Origin: an uncultured cyanobacterium
GTDB taxonomy: Bacteria; Cyanobacteriota; Cyanobacteriia; Pseudanabaenales; Pseudanabaenaceae
Assembly (NCBI GenBank): GCA_963703315.1
Contig: OY969811.1
Span: forward strand, 1,504,001 to 1,568,000
DNA: 64,000 nt
Direction of reading: 5' to 3'
The translations under genes were made by a program, and so were the position numbers. Shown here one piece after another: positions 1 through 8,622 of the stretch; positions within the stretch are counted from its first letter, which is position 1, and the number at the start of each line of letters is the position of its first letter. The notes beneath the pieces were generated by a model. That model worked only from the letters and a program-made list of their open reading frames with translations, ran no database searches and was not told the origin of the DNA.

Positions 1-2
1 TG

Positions 3-287
3 CCAGATGATACCCGTGTTTGGTGCGCCCATGAGTACACTTTAGGTAATCTCAAATTTGCGTTGACTGTCGAAGCTGATAACCCTGACTTACAGGAACG
101 GATGGTCACCGCTAGTGCGATGCGTCAAAGGGGCGAGGCGACAGTACCTACTACGATTGGTCTGGAAAAGCGGACAAATCCATTTATGCGCTGGGATGTG
201 CCTGCGATTCAGAGATCGGCAGGTATTGATATTCCCGATCGCGTATTTGCTAAAATTCGCGGTCAGAAAGATAACTTTGCTGGTTAA
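3..287 (+). CDS. gloB: Hydroxyacylglutathione hydrolase (glyoxalase II), 3' part; truncated by the window start
   Basis: Frame is open from base 3: PDDTRVWCAHEYTLGNLKFA...TVPTTIGLEKRTNPFMR...RGQKDNF, the typical GloB C-terminus. Confidence 0.9.
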   Translation, partial: PDDTRVWCAHEYTLGNLKFALTVEADNPDLQERMVTASAMRQRGEATVPTTIGLEKRTNPFMRWDVPAIQRSAGIDIPDRVFAKIRGQKDNFAG

Positions 288-306
288 TCACCTTAAAACG
301 ATATTG

Positions 307-339
307 AGCTAGTTGCGGCGCGATGCGCCGCAACTAGCT
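307..339. repeat. Dispersed palindromic hairpin (GCGGCGC-NNN-GCGCCGC family)
   Basis: AGCTAGTTGCGGCGC-GAT-GCGCCGCAACTAGCT, a perfect inverted repeat followed by a T tract. Confidence 0.85.
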
Positions 340-352
340 TTTTTGGTTTTGC

Positions 353-393
353 AATAAAAAAGATCCTCTTTTGCAAAGAGGATCTTTTTTATT
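353..393. terminator. Bidirectional intrinsic terminator between gloB and tRNA-Gln
   Basis: AATAAAAAAGATCCTCTTT-TGC-AAAGAGGATCTTTTTTATT lies between convergent genes. Confidence 0.75.
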
Positions 394-403
394 ATTTTAT
401 TAA

Positions 404-475
404 CTGGGGTGCAAGGATTCGAACCTCGGAATGTCTGGACCAAAACCAGATGCCTTACCACTTGGCGACACCCCA
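404..475 (-). tRNA. trnQ: tRNA-Gln (anticodon TTG)
   Basis: Reverse complement TGGGGTGTCGCCAAGTGGTAAGGCATCTGGTTTTGGTCCAGACATTCCGAGGTTCGAATCCTTGCACCCCAG folds as a cloverleaf; anticodon stem TCTGG/CCAGA with loop TTTTGGT; T-loop GTTCGAAT; CCA not encoded. Confidence 0.97.
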
Positions 476-585
476 ATTTGTTTGGGTGCGTTTTACAAAT
501 CTCTTTGTTTGCGCGGTAATTACTATAGCAAAGGTAGGTGTGGTTTTGTCAACATATTTTTAAAAAATCTACCAAGAGCATCACA

Positions 586-624
586 AGAACAGAAGGGCGG
601 TGCTTTGCGCCGCCCTTCTGTTCT
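586..624. repeat. Dispersed palindromic hairpin overlapping the stop codon of the 623..3181 gene
   Basis: AGAACAGAAGGGCGGTGC-TTT-GCGCCGCCCTTCTGTTCT. Confidence 0.8.
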
Positions 625-3181
625 AATTGTCTAAAAGTACGGAATCTTTAGATAGGGCAATTTGCAACTTACAGAAGCCATCAATGTGACTAGAAACTTC
701 TTGCAAATGATGCTCAGCCCATGCTTGACCATTACTCACGGGCGTGTCAAACCCATTGGTAAATATATGCACAAGGGGATCGCCAGCATCAGGTAAAACT
801 AAAAACCAATCGCGATCGCTATAAAACACCTTCACGCCATCAATGAGTTCCATCTTTTCACTACCATAGGACTCAACCAAGTGGCGCATGAGTGTACCTT
901 TGATGCTCCAAGGACAGCGCACAATCTGTCGGCGAAAATGACAACGGGGTAGGTGGGTGCGTACCTGCGATAGCGATCGCTTTTGCAAGGTGATCCATTC
1001 CATAATTTTGGCAATGCTAAACATGGCATCAAACCCAGGGTGCAATTGCGGAAAAATAAAGCCCATTTCCGCAGAGCCGCCCAATACTACGCCCTCATGA
1101 CTCAGGCAAGTCCCCATCAAAGCAGTGGGATTTGCCTTTGTGCGAATCACTTTACCACCGTGTTTTTCGGCAATCAGTTCGACCATACCTGAAGCTGAGA
1201 CAGGCACAACTACGGTTCCGCCTGTTTGGGAAGTCAGCACCATTTCTACCATCAGTCCCGTTAACACTTCATCACGAATCGGCTTTCCTAATTCATCGAT
1301 CAAGATAAATTTTTCGCCATTGGCATACACCTGTACGCCGAAATTGGCTCTGACCGCTTTGACCACATCGGTTAGTTGGGTCAACATTTTTTCGCGATCG
1401 ATAGGGGCTGGCGCAATCTCATTGAGACTGGCATTGAGAACGACAACATCAGTACTAAATTTGCCTAAAATTCTTGGTAAGACTGCCCCTGCGACTGCGT
1501 AGACATAATCAATGACAATTTTTTTGCAATCGCTAAACCTTATTGCTTCTACGTCAATATTTTTGGCAAAGCCGCTATTGTAATAATCGAGTACACGGGT
1601 GGGATAGCTAATTTCGCCAATTTCCTCAATGCGGGCGCGACGAAAGTCTTCTTTAAAGAATGTCCCTTCAATTTTTTTCTCAGTAGCCTTGTTGATGTTA
1701 ATGCCATTGGAGTCGAGAAACTCAATCATCACACAGTCATTGCGATCGGGGTGTACACGTACATGAATGCCACCGACCACACCAAGACTAGGGGCAATAA
1801 ATCGCGAGATCGGGATAGCTGTAGCTTCAAGGTTTTCGACATTGATCCCGACAGACATTAATCCTGAAATTAGCGATCGCGTCAGCATTCGACAAATCGT
1901 GCGCTGATCTCGCGAAACCATCACATGGGAGTTGGGACGGAGAGTTGCACCATAAGCGGCTCCTAATTTCACGGCAAACTCAGGCGTGATATCGACATTG
2001 GCTAAGCCCGATACGCTATGTTGCCCAAACAAATTACGGGAAGCCATTGCCCCCCAAATCAAGTTAGTGGTGAGCGTTGCCCCTGCTTCAACGTGCTTAC
2101 TGGGCCAAATGCGGACATTTGGAAAAACTCTAGCTTCTTCGCCAATAACTGAGTTGGAACCAACTACGGCTCCTTCCATGACATGAACGCGACGACTAAT
2201 GCGAGCATTGCGGGCGATCGTGCAAGCCCAGAGATGACATTCTTCGCTAATCATGGCACTATTGCCAATAATCGGGCGTTGCAGGTCGCAGTCAGTACCA
2301 ATGGTGACGCGATCGCCAATAATTGTACCTGCGGAAATTTTGGTGCGATCGCCAATCGAACAATTACTACCAATCAAGACAGGCGGCTCGATTTGGACAG
2401 TGGGTGAAATCACCGTATGCTTGCCAATCCATAGTCCTGTGCGTAGCTGCACATAGTCTAAGTCCAGATGGACGCGCCCCCTGATTGCGTCATACTGCGC
2501 TTGTCGATATGCTTCTAGAGAGCCAATGTCGCACCAGTAACCATTGGCAATATAGCCATACATCGGTATGCCCTTGGCTAATAAGAGTGGAAATAAATCG
2601 GTAGAAAAATCACTGGGTTCGTTAGCGGGCAGAAAATCTAAAACTTCAGGTTCCAGAATATAAATACCTGTGTTAACGGTATCGGAAAAAACTTCACTCG
2701 TGGATGGCTTTTCTAAAAATCTTTGAATGCGATCGTCCTCATCGGTAATCACCACCCCAAAAGCCATCGGATCGCTGACTCTCCTTAAAATTAGAGTCGC
2801 CTGAGATTTTTTAGCGCGATGGAATTTGATAGCCGCAGTCAGGTCAAAATCCGTAATGCTATCGCCACTAATGACCATAAATGTACTGTCTAACAGGCTT
2901 TCGACGTTTTTGACACAGCCTGCTGTCCCTAATGGTTGATCTTCTTCAACCACGTACATCATATTTACGCCAAAATCGGAACCATCCCCGAAATGTTCAC
3001 GAATGACATCGGGTAAGTAATGTAATGTCGCAATTACTTCACGAATGCCGTGACGCTTCAATAAATTAAGAATATGCTCAGTAATCGGACGATTTAGCAC
3101 CGATACCATCGGTTTTGGCAAATCACAGGTAAGAGGACGTAGCCGCGTTCCCGATCCGCCTGCCATCAACACTGCGCGCAT
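623..3181 (-). CDS. Mannose-1-phosphate guanylyltransferase / phosphomannomutase-like fusion
   Basis: N-terminal NTP-transferase motif AGGSGTRLRPLT...PKPM, a hexapeptide beta-helix region and a C-terminal phosphohexomutase-like domain; 852 aa. Confidence 0.9.
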   Translation of the reverse strand: MRAVLMAGGSGTRLRPLTCDLPKPMVSVLNRPITEHILNLLKRHGIREVIATLHYLPDVIREHFGDGSDFGVNMMYVVEEDQPLGTAGCVKNVESLLDSTFMVISGDSITDFDLTAAIKFHRAKKSQATLILRRVSDPMAFGVVITDEDDRIQRFLEKPSTSEVFSDTVNTGIYILEPEVLDFLPANEPSDFSTDLFPLLLAKGIPMYGYIANGYWCDIGSLEAYRQAQYDAIRGRVHLDLDYVQLRTGLWIGKHTVISPTVQIEPPVLIGSNCSIGDRTKISAGTIIGDRVTIGTDCDLQRPIIGNSAMISEECHLWACTIARNARISRRVHVMEGAVVGSNSVIGEEARVFPNVRIWPSKHVEAGATLTTNLIWGAMASRNLFGQHSVSGLANVDITPEFAVKLGAAYGATLRPNSHVMVSRDQRTICRMLTRSLISGLMSVGINVENLEATAIPISRFIAPSLGVVGGIHVRVHPDRNDCVMIEFLDSNGININKATEKKIEGTFFKEDFRRARIEEIGEISYPTRVLDYYNSGFAKNIDVEAIRFSDCKKIVIDYVYAVAGAVLPRILGKFSTDVVVLNASLNEIAPAPIDREKMLTQLTDVVKAVRANFGVQVYANGEKFILIDELGKPIRDEVLTGLMVEMVLTSQTGGTVVVPVSASGMVELIAEKHGGKVIRTKANPTALMGTCLSHEGVVLGGSAEMGFIFPQLHPGFDAMFSIAKIMEWITLQKRSLSQVRTHLPRCHFRRQIVRCPWSIKGTLMRHLVESYGSEKMELIDGVKVFYSDRDWFLVLPDAGDPLVHIFTNGFDTPVSNGQAWAEHHLQEVSSHIDGFCKLQIALSKDSVLLDN

Positions 3182-3240
3182 AGATCCTCCGAACCGTAAT
3201 AAGATTAGGGACTAGTATCGTTCAAATTCGCGATAAAACA

Positions 3241-3966
3241 ATGAAAATAAACCTTAATACTGAGGCTGATCCCCAAACAAATTTGGCAGACCAACTTATT
3301 GTAGCTTTGGATTTCCCTTCAGCGAGTGAAGCTTTAGATCTATGCGATCGCTTACCCCAAGTTGGTTTCTGGAAAGTAGGTCTGGAGCTATTTATCGCTG
3401 ATGGTAGTACGGTTTTGCAGGAGTTAAAAGCTCGTCATAAAAAGGTTTTTCTGGATTTAAAGCTTCACGATATCCCTAATACCGTTGCTTCCGCGACTCG
3501 CGTTGCCACGAAATATGGTGCTGATTTCCTCACAATTCATGCTGCTGGAGGCAAGGCAATGATGCAAGCAGCACAAGCTGAAGTACAGGGATCATCCACC
3601 CAGCTTTTAGCAGTGTCGCTCTTAACGAGCATTTCGGCTATAGAATTAAAATCAGATTTGCAAGTCCCCCTCGCAGTTTCTGAATATGTCTCTAAATTAG
3701 TATTCTTAGCTCAAGAAAGTGGATTGAGTGGAGCAGTTTGTTCGCCCCATGAAGTTGCTAATTTGCGATCGCAGTTGGGGGATGATTTCTGTTTTGTGAC
3801 TCCGGGGGTACGTCCCGCAGGTGCTGCCCTCGGTGATCAGAGTCGAGTGATGACTCCACAACAGGCGATCGCCGCAGGTGCCAATTATTTAGTAATTGGT
3901 AGACCGATTAACGCTGCACCTGATCCCGTTGCGGCTTGGGAACAAATTTGCCGAGAACTCAATTAA
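3241..3966 (+). CDS. pyrF: Orotidine-5'-phosphate decarboxylase
   Basis: LIVALD, KVGLELF, FLDLKLHDIPNTV, VTPGVRP and VIGRPI motifs. Confidence 0.97.
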   Translation: MKINLNTEADPQTNLADQLIVALDFPSASEALDLCDRLPQVGFWKVGLELFIADGSTVLQELKARHKKVFLDLKLHDIPNTVASATRVATKYGADFLTIHAAGGKAMMQAAQAEVQGSSTQLLAVSLLTSISAIELKSDLQVPLAVSEYVSKLVFLAQESGLSGAVCSPHEVANLRSQLGDDFCFVTPGVRPAGAALGDQSRVMTPQQAIAAGANYLVIGRPINAAPDPVAAWEQICRELN

Positions 3967-3986
3967 AAAAAGCTCGCAATGCAAGG

Positions 3987-4023
3987 ATTTAGAGTGGCGG
4001 CGCAAAGCGCCGCCACTCTAAAT
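3987..4023. repeat. Dispersed palindromic hairpin between convergent genes
   Basis: ATTTAGAGTGGCGGCGC-AAA-GCGCCGCCACTCTAAAT. Confidence 0.85.
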
Positions 4024-4029
4024 ATTTTT

Positions 4030-4392
4030 TTAAATTGCGTGATTTTTGAGTTCATCCAGAGATACATACTTTAAAGCAGCTTCGTGAGTAGCAGCAAGAT
4101 CCACAGGTGGGGCAACTCCTGCATCCAAAGCTTCCTTCCATCGTGATGCACATAGACACCAGCGATCGCCCGATTTTAAGCCCACGAAATTAAACATTGG
4201 CGCAGGAGTCCTTAAATCATTACCTTGCGCTCTAGTGTAGTCCAGAAACTCATCCGTGACTTGGGCGCATACAACATGGACACCCAGATCTTGCGCTCCT
4301 GTTTGACAAAATCCATCCCGATAAAATCCTGTCACTGGCGAGGAACAACATAGCGCCAGATTTTCGCCTAAGACATTTTTGACTACTGCCAT
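4030..4392 (-). CDS. DUF2237 family protein
   Basis: NVLGE.L..C...P.TGFYRDG.C and GDRWCLCASRWKEA motifs. Confidence 0.9.
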   Translation of the reverse strand: MAVVKNVLGENLALCCSSPVTGFYRDGFCQTGAQDLGVHVVCAQVTDEFLDYTRAQGNDLRTPAPMFNFVGLKSGDRWCLCASRWKEALDAGVAPPVDLAATHEAALKYVSLDELKNHAI

Positions 4393-4412
4393 AATTTTTA
4401 ATCTATTTTTGG

Positions 4413-4455
4413 ATAATTTAGAGGGGCAGCGCTTTGCGCTGCCCCTCTAAATTAT
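4413..4455. repeat. Dispersed palindromic hairpin containing the def stop codon
   Basis: ATAATTTAGAGGGGCAGCGC-TTT-GCGCTGCCCCTCTAAATTAT. Confidence 0.85.
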
Positions 4456-5006
4456 TTATTGTTTAATTTATGGTACTCAGATTCTGTAACTAGATCTAAA
4501 TTGGTTTCCACACGATCCAAGAAGACTTTTCCTAGCAAATGATCGTATTCATGTTGAAAGATCCGCGCCACAAAATCAGTTAACTTTGTAATTTGGCGAT
4601 CGCCTTGACGATCTAGATATGCCACTTCGATTTCTCGGTAGCGTGGCACAAGTCCGCGAATCATTGGCACTGAGAGGCAACCTTCCCATCCCTTTTCGGT
4701 TTCCACTGAATGGGAAATGATTTCGGGATTAATCATCGCGGTTGGTTCCATTTGAGGAGCTTTGGGATAACGTTCATTAGGGTGAGACGCAATGATGATT
4801 AACTGAAGCGATCGCCCCACTTGAGGAGCCGCTAAACCTACGCCCTTACTTTGCTTGAGAGTAACTAGCATCTCATCAATTAACTTCTGAATTTGGCGAT
4901 CGCGCACATTCGCGATCGGCTGAGCCGTCTCCCGTAATGCAGAGTTACCAAGCTGATGAATAGTTAGTTTTTTGGTAAATATTTTGTCAATAGCTGAAAT
5001 CAACAT
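4452..5006 (-). CDS. def: Peptide deformylase
   Basis: GVGLAAPQVG, EGCLSVP and QHEYDHL motifs. Confidence 0.96.
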   Translation of the reverse strand: MLISAIDKIFTKKLTIHQLGNSALRETAQPIANVRDRQIQKLIDEMLVTLKQSKGVGLAAPQVGRSLQLIIIASHPNERYPKAPQMEPTAMINPEIISHSVETEKGWEGCLSVPMIRGLVPRYREIEVAYLDRQGDRQITKLTDFVARIFQHEYDHLLGKVFLDRVETNLDLVTESEYHKLNNK

Positions 5007-5087
5007 GAATACTTCTTCTTATATAGATTTTGGGGCAACCAGAGCTTATTGGCAAAAATCAGGAGAATTTGGACTCTCTACGACTCT

Positions 5088-5318
5088 TTACAAAGCTTTA
5101 GGATTAGCTTCGTAGGCAAGAATATCGATCAAAGCATCAGCTTCGGCAACGGCTAGACGAGCTTTTTGGTAATCATCTTCAAATTTTGTATTTGCGCTTG
5201 TATAGGCTTGCATGAGCAAAATTGCAAAGTATTCACGTTTAGTCAATCCTTCAACCAAACTATCAGTATCACGGTTATAACTTACAGGAAAGGCACTGTC
5301 AGTACGTCTAGTCGTCAT
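5088..5318 (-). CDS. Small hypothetical protein (76 aa) resembling phage-type AFP...GLTKREYFA proteins
   Basis: Start taken as the ATG at 5318 (MTTRRTDSAFP...GLTKREYFAILLMQA...AVAEADALI). The longer ORF start lies inside a repeat element. Confidence 0.6.
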   Translation of the reverse strand: MTTRRTDSAFPVSYNRDTDSLVEGLTKREYFAILLMQAYTSANTKFEDDYQKARLAVAEADALIDILAYEANPKAL

Positions 5319-5363
5319 AGATTGTTTTCCTAAAAATATCAAGGCACATTTTAACATCAACAT

Positions 5364-5497
5364 TAAGTACCTCGGCACATTAAAAAACAGATTTCAAACC
5401 TGTGGCGCACGCGCAGTGTACGCCAGAAGGTTGTGCCGCCCGCATAGTGGGCGGCACAACCTTCTGGTTTTGGGTTTTAACTATGCTCAGCTACTTA
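5364..5497. mobile_element. MITE-like element with TAAGTA...TACTTA ends; chimeric copy with two hairpin cores
   Basis: Ends and left part match the copy at 16754..16858; it also contains CCAGAAGGTTGTGCCGCCCGC-ATA-GTGGGCGGCACAACCTTCTGG. Confidence 0.65.
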
Positions 5498-5527
5498 ATA
5501 TATTAAAAATCTTATTTTTACTAACTA

Positions 5528-5917
5528 ATGTCAGATATTACTATTCCTCTGGCGATCGCATCAGGTGCAGTCCCCGGAGCCTTGTCGCGTTTTTACATTA
5601 CAGAATGGTCAAAGGCTAAATTTGGCACTAATTTTCCCTATGCCACCTTTGGAATTAACCTCACTGGTTGCTTAGCAATGGGCTTCTTTTTCACGATTTC
5701 TAAAGGAATCACAGGCTATCCCACCGAATTAGATTTATTAATTAGAACTGGATTTCTAGGTTCTTACACCACCTTCTCTACCTATGGCTTTGATACTTTG
5801 ACGCTATGTCGGAGCAAACAAACGGGTGCAACTGCTTTCTATTGGGCTGGAAGTGCAATTCTTGGTCTGTGTGCAGTGATTTTAGGAGTAGCGATCGCCA
5901 AACTTTTTGTCAAGTAA
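5528..5917 (+). CDS. crcB: Fluoride efflux channel FluC/CrcB (first copy)
   Basis: GA..GALSRF, FPYATFGINLTGC and TGFLGSYTTFSTY motifs. Confidence 0.93.
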   Translation: MSDITIPLAIASGAVPGALSRFYITEWSKAKFGTNFPYATFGINLTGCLAMGFFFTISKGITGYPTELDLLIRTGFLGSYTTFSTYGFDTLTLCRSKQTGATAFYWAGSAILGLCAVILGVAIAKLFVK

Positions 5918-5927
5918 GCCAAACTTC

Positions 5928-5966
5928 AATTCGTAATTCGTAATTTGTAATTTGTAATTTATAATT
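5928..5966. repeat. Heptamer tandem repeat (AATTYGT), about 5.5 units
   Basis: AATTCGT AATTCGT AATTTGT AATTTGT AATTTAT AATT between the two crcB genes; resembles cyanobacterial heptamer tandem repeats. Confidence 0.8.
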
Positions 5967-5989
5967 CTCAACTCTCAGGTCAAGTAACA

Positions 5990-6403
5990 ATGGATTTTTT
6001 AAAGGGACGTTTTCCGTTAGCGGTAGCGATCGGTGCAATTTTTGGAGCCTTGAGCCGTTTTTATGTGACTGAAGGGGCAAAGGCTATTTTTGGCAAGGAT
6101 TTCGGCTTTTACGGTACATTCTTCATTAACGTATCTGGCTGTTTATTGATCGCCTATATTCTCACCCTTGCCACCGAGAATCTTCGCATCATTTCACCTG
6201 AACTACGTTTGATGACGACAACGGGTTTTTGTGGCGCATACACTACCTTTTCTACATACGGATTGGAATCAAGAGGATTCTTAGATAAAGGGGATATCAC
6301 CACGCTATTAATTTATTTTGTGGGCAGTGCGATCGCAGGCATGATTGGTATCCAAATTGGAGTCTTATTGGCAAGAGCAAGCGATCGACAATCAGCATCT
6401 TAA
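5990..6403 (+). CDS. crcB: Fluoride efflux channel FluC/CrcB (second copy)
   Basis: GAIFGALSRF, GTFFINVSGC and TGFCGAYTTFSTY motifs. Confidence 0.93.
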   Translation: MDFLKGRFPLAVAIGAIFGALSRFYVTEGAKAIFGKDFGFYGTFFINVSGCLLIAYILTLATENLRIISPELRLMTTTGFCGAYTTFSTYGLESRGFLDKGDITTLLIYFVGSAIAGMIGIQIGVLLARASDRQSAS

Positions 6404-6407
6404 ATCG

Positions 6408-6444
6408 ATAGAAGTGTGTAAGTAAATAAGTTACACACTTCTAT
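6408..6444 (+). terminator. Hairpin downstream of the crcB pair
   Basis: ATAGAAGTGTGTAA...TTACACACTTCTAT, 14-bp stem. Confidence 0.5.
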
Positions 6445-6536
6445 TGCGTTTCGCAGTCTAGTGAAGTACGGGATTGTTTCCCCGCCGAAGGCGGGGAAAC
6501 AATCCTCTATGGCTCGATTGCTTGAAAAGCGCTATA
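6442..6536. mobile_element. MITE-like element with GGATTGTTTCCCCGCC-NNN-GGCGGGGAAACAATCC core
   Basis: A reverse-orientation copy starts at 47236 (TATAGCGCTTTTCAAG...); a related element lies at 63321. Confidence 0.65.
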
Positions 6537-6538
6537 TA

Positions 6539-6637
6539 TTTACAGCCTAAAGTAGTACAGAGAGATTTTTGAAAGCGCGGCTTCGCCGCGCTTTCAAAAA
6601 TCTCTCTGGGTTTTAAGTCAGCACAAAACTCTGTAAA
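6539..6637. mobile_element. MITE-like element with TTTACAG...CTGTAAA ends and a long internal hairpin
   Basis: CAGAGAGATTTTTGAAAGCGCGGC-TTC-GCCGCGCTTTCAAAAATCTCTCTG lies inside short terminal inverted repeats. Confidence 0.55.
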
Positions 6638-6699
6638 TAGAACAAGAGAATTTATCCCCTTGTTCTATAGTTAGTAGACGCAGTTTTTAAAATTACAAT

Positions 6700-7659
6700 A
6701 TGCCGAAAATAAAACACCGAAAAACAAAACACAAAAGTTGGTTTAAATTTGTCTTACAGATAAAAGGATCGGTGATCGTAGCTGTATATAAACACGTAAT
6801 CATCCTCGGTCTATTTGGGTTATTTGTTTCTCTACTATCCTATCTACAAATTCCTGTAGCACAGCCTGTTTTAGGAAGTATCATCCCCAGTATTGTCTTA
6901 GGTTTATTATTAGTTTTTAGAACTAATACTGCCTATGATCGCTTTTGGGAAGGTCGCAGATTATGGGGTAATCTAGTCAATGATTCGCGAACCTTAGCTT
7001 GGCAAATTGGAGTAATAATTAATGATGTTGAAACAGAAGATCTAGTCAAAAAGCAAGCAGCGATGAGGCTAATCCCTATTTTACTGGTAGCAATTAAAGC
7101 TCATCTTCGCTCAGAGTCTGACAATAATGAATTAGAAGAACTCATGTCTATTTCTCAGTCTAGCTCTCAATATCTACAGTTAAAGACTATTAAGAATAAA
7201 CCACTCCAAATTACTAAGTGGATTGCCAACTATATCCAACAACAGTATCAAAGAGGTAATGATTATCTTCATTACAACCACGTACCAATTCTGCAATCTA
7301 ATTTAAAAAGTATTATCGATTCAATAGGAGGATGTGAGAGGATTTTAAGAACACCTTTGCCTGTAGCGTATGTGATTCACCTCAAACAACTGGTGTTAAT
7401 TTACTGTATATTATTGCCTTTTCAACTAGTCAAAGATTTGGGATGGTGGACAGGTTTATTTGTGGGTTTAGTTAGTTTCGCTTTGCTTGGAATTGAAGAA
7501 ATCGGTGTTGAAATAGAAAATCCTTTCGGATATGATGAAAATGATTTACCCCTTGATACTATTTGTAACACAGTCAAGCAGGATATTGAGGAGTTGATTT
7601 CTAGTAATTATGCGATCGCGTCTGATGTCGCATCCAATGTAGACAAAGCTTATCTATAG
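6700..7659 (+). CDS. Bestrophin-family anion channel (YneE/VCCN-like)
   Basis: LLLVFRTNTAYDRFWEGRRLWG, CERILRTPLP and IENPFGYDENDLPLD motifs. Confidence 0.92.
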   Translation: MPKIKHRKTKHKSWFKFVLQIKGSVIVAVYKHVIILGLFGLFVSLLSYLQIPVAQPVLGSIIPSIVLGLLLVFRTNTAYDRFWEGRRLWGNLVNDSRTLAWQIGVIINDVETEDLVKKQAAMRLIPILLVAIKAHLRSESDNNELEELMSISQSSSQYLQLKTIKNKPLQITKWIANYIQQQYQRGNDYLHYNHVPILQSNLKSIIDSIGGCERILRTPLPVAYVIHLKQLVLIYCILLPFQLVKDLGWWTGLFVGLVSFALLGIEEIGVEIENPFGYDENDLPLDTICNTVKQDIEELISSNYAIASDVASNVDKAYL

Positions 7660-7744
7660 CAAAGCAAGTTTTGCTTAGGATAAAACCCCAGAAGTGAGTG
7701 GCGGCGCAAAGCACCGCCACTCACTTCTGGGGTTTTATGAGCTA
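7655..7744. mobile_element. MITE-like TATAGC-ended hairpin element; its left end supplies the bestrophin stop codon
   Basis: TATAGCAAAGCAA...ATAAAACCCCAGAAGTGAGTGGCGGCGC-AAA-GCACCGCCACTCACTTCTGGGGTTTTAT; similar to 30312..30423. Confidence 0.6.
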
Positions 7745-7887
7745 CAAAGATGAAGTTAGATAAATTTGTGTTTTGATATTAAAGCATTGGTCAGCTAATC
7801 GGGGATGTGTAATAAACCGCCCATTTCATGGCAATAAAAGATGCGCAGATACGGCAATCACACTTTAACTGTCTAGTACCCTAATTT

Positions 7888-8622
7888 CTAAACGGCTAAG
7901 AATTTTTGGATGACTTCATTACTTAATTCCGAAGTCTTGCCAGAAGCAACAATACCGCCTTTTTGCATGGCATAGTACCAATCAGCTTGGCGCACGAAAT
8001 GCAAATGCTGTTCCACTAACAAGATCGAAATTCCTGTAGTTGCGATGATGTGTTTAACCGCCGATTCAATTTCTAAAATAATCGATGGCTGAATTCCTTC
8101 CGTTGGTTCGTCGAGAATTAATAATCGCGGTTGTCCCATCAAAGCACGGGCGATCGCTAATTGTTGTTGTTGACCGCCGCTAAGGTCGCCACCCATCCGA
8201 TTGAGCATTGATTTCAATACTGGAAATAGCTCATACACCATATCTAAAAGATGTTGGCGCACCGCAGGCGTAACGGGTCGAGATTCTAAACCCAGTAAAA
8301 GATTTTCCCTAACGGTCATACGCGGCATTACTTCACGACCTTGCGGCACATAACCCACACCCATTCTGGCGCGGCGATCGGGCGCAAGTTGAGTGATATC
8401 TTTCCCAAAAAAGGAAACATCTCCCTGTCTTGGTTTCAACAATCCCATAATTGTTTTTAATAGAGTCGTCTTACCAACACCATTACGACCAATCAGGCAA
8501 ACCATTTTGCCAGAAGCCACACCCATATCGACATTGCGGAGAATATGACTTTCACCGTAATAAACATTGAGATTATTAATTTGTAAAATCGGATCGTAAG
8601 TTTCTTCCATAGTTTCTTGCAT
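7888..8622 (-). CDS. urtE: Urea ABC transporter ATP-binding subunit
   Basis: GRNGVGKT, YVPQGRE, LSGGQQQQLAIARAL and LDEPTEGIQPSI; operon context. Confidence 0.95.
   Translation of the reverse strand: MQETMEETYDPILQINNLNVYYGESHILRNVDMGVASGKMVCLIGRNGVGKTTLLKTIMGLLKPRQGDVSFFGKDITQLAPDRRARMGVGYVPQGREVMPRMTVRENLLLGLESRPVTPAVRQHLLDMVYELFPVLKSMLNRMGGDLSGGQQQQLAIARALMGQPRLLILDEPTEGIQPSIILEIESAVKHIIATTGISILLVEQHLHFVRQADWYYAMQKGGIVASGKTSELSNEVIQKFLAV

Noticed and set aside
404..475. tRNA-Gln as the integration site of an island
   Set aside because: The flanks are housekeeping genes, and I saw no integrase or duplicated tRNA-Gln 3' end in the window.
431..634. 67-aa ORF
   Set aside because: It is antisense to tRNA-Gln and runs through a hairpin repeat.
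5319..5527. Fluoride riboswitch upstream of crcB
   Set aside because: I found no match to the GGCGATGG...TGA consensus; the region is mostly a MITE-like element.
5416..5619. Short ORFs arising in repeat elements (also 13473..13697, 30306..30488, 45774..46104, 47170..47361)
   Set aside because: They are translations of GC-rich hairpins with no recognisable protein features.
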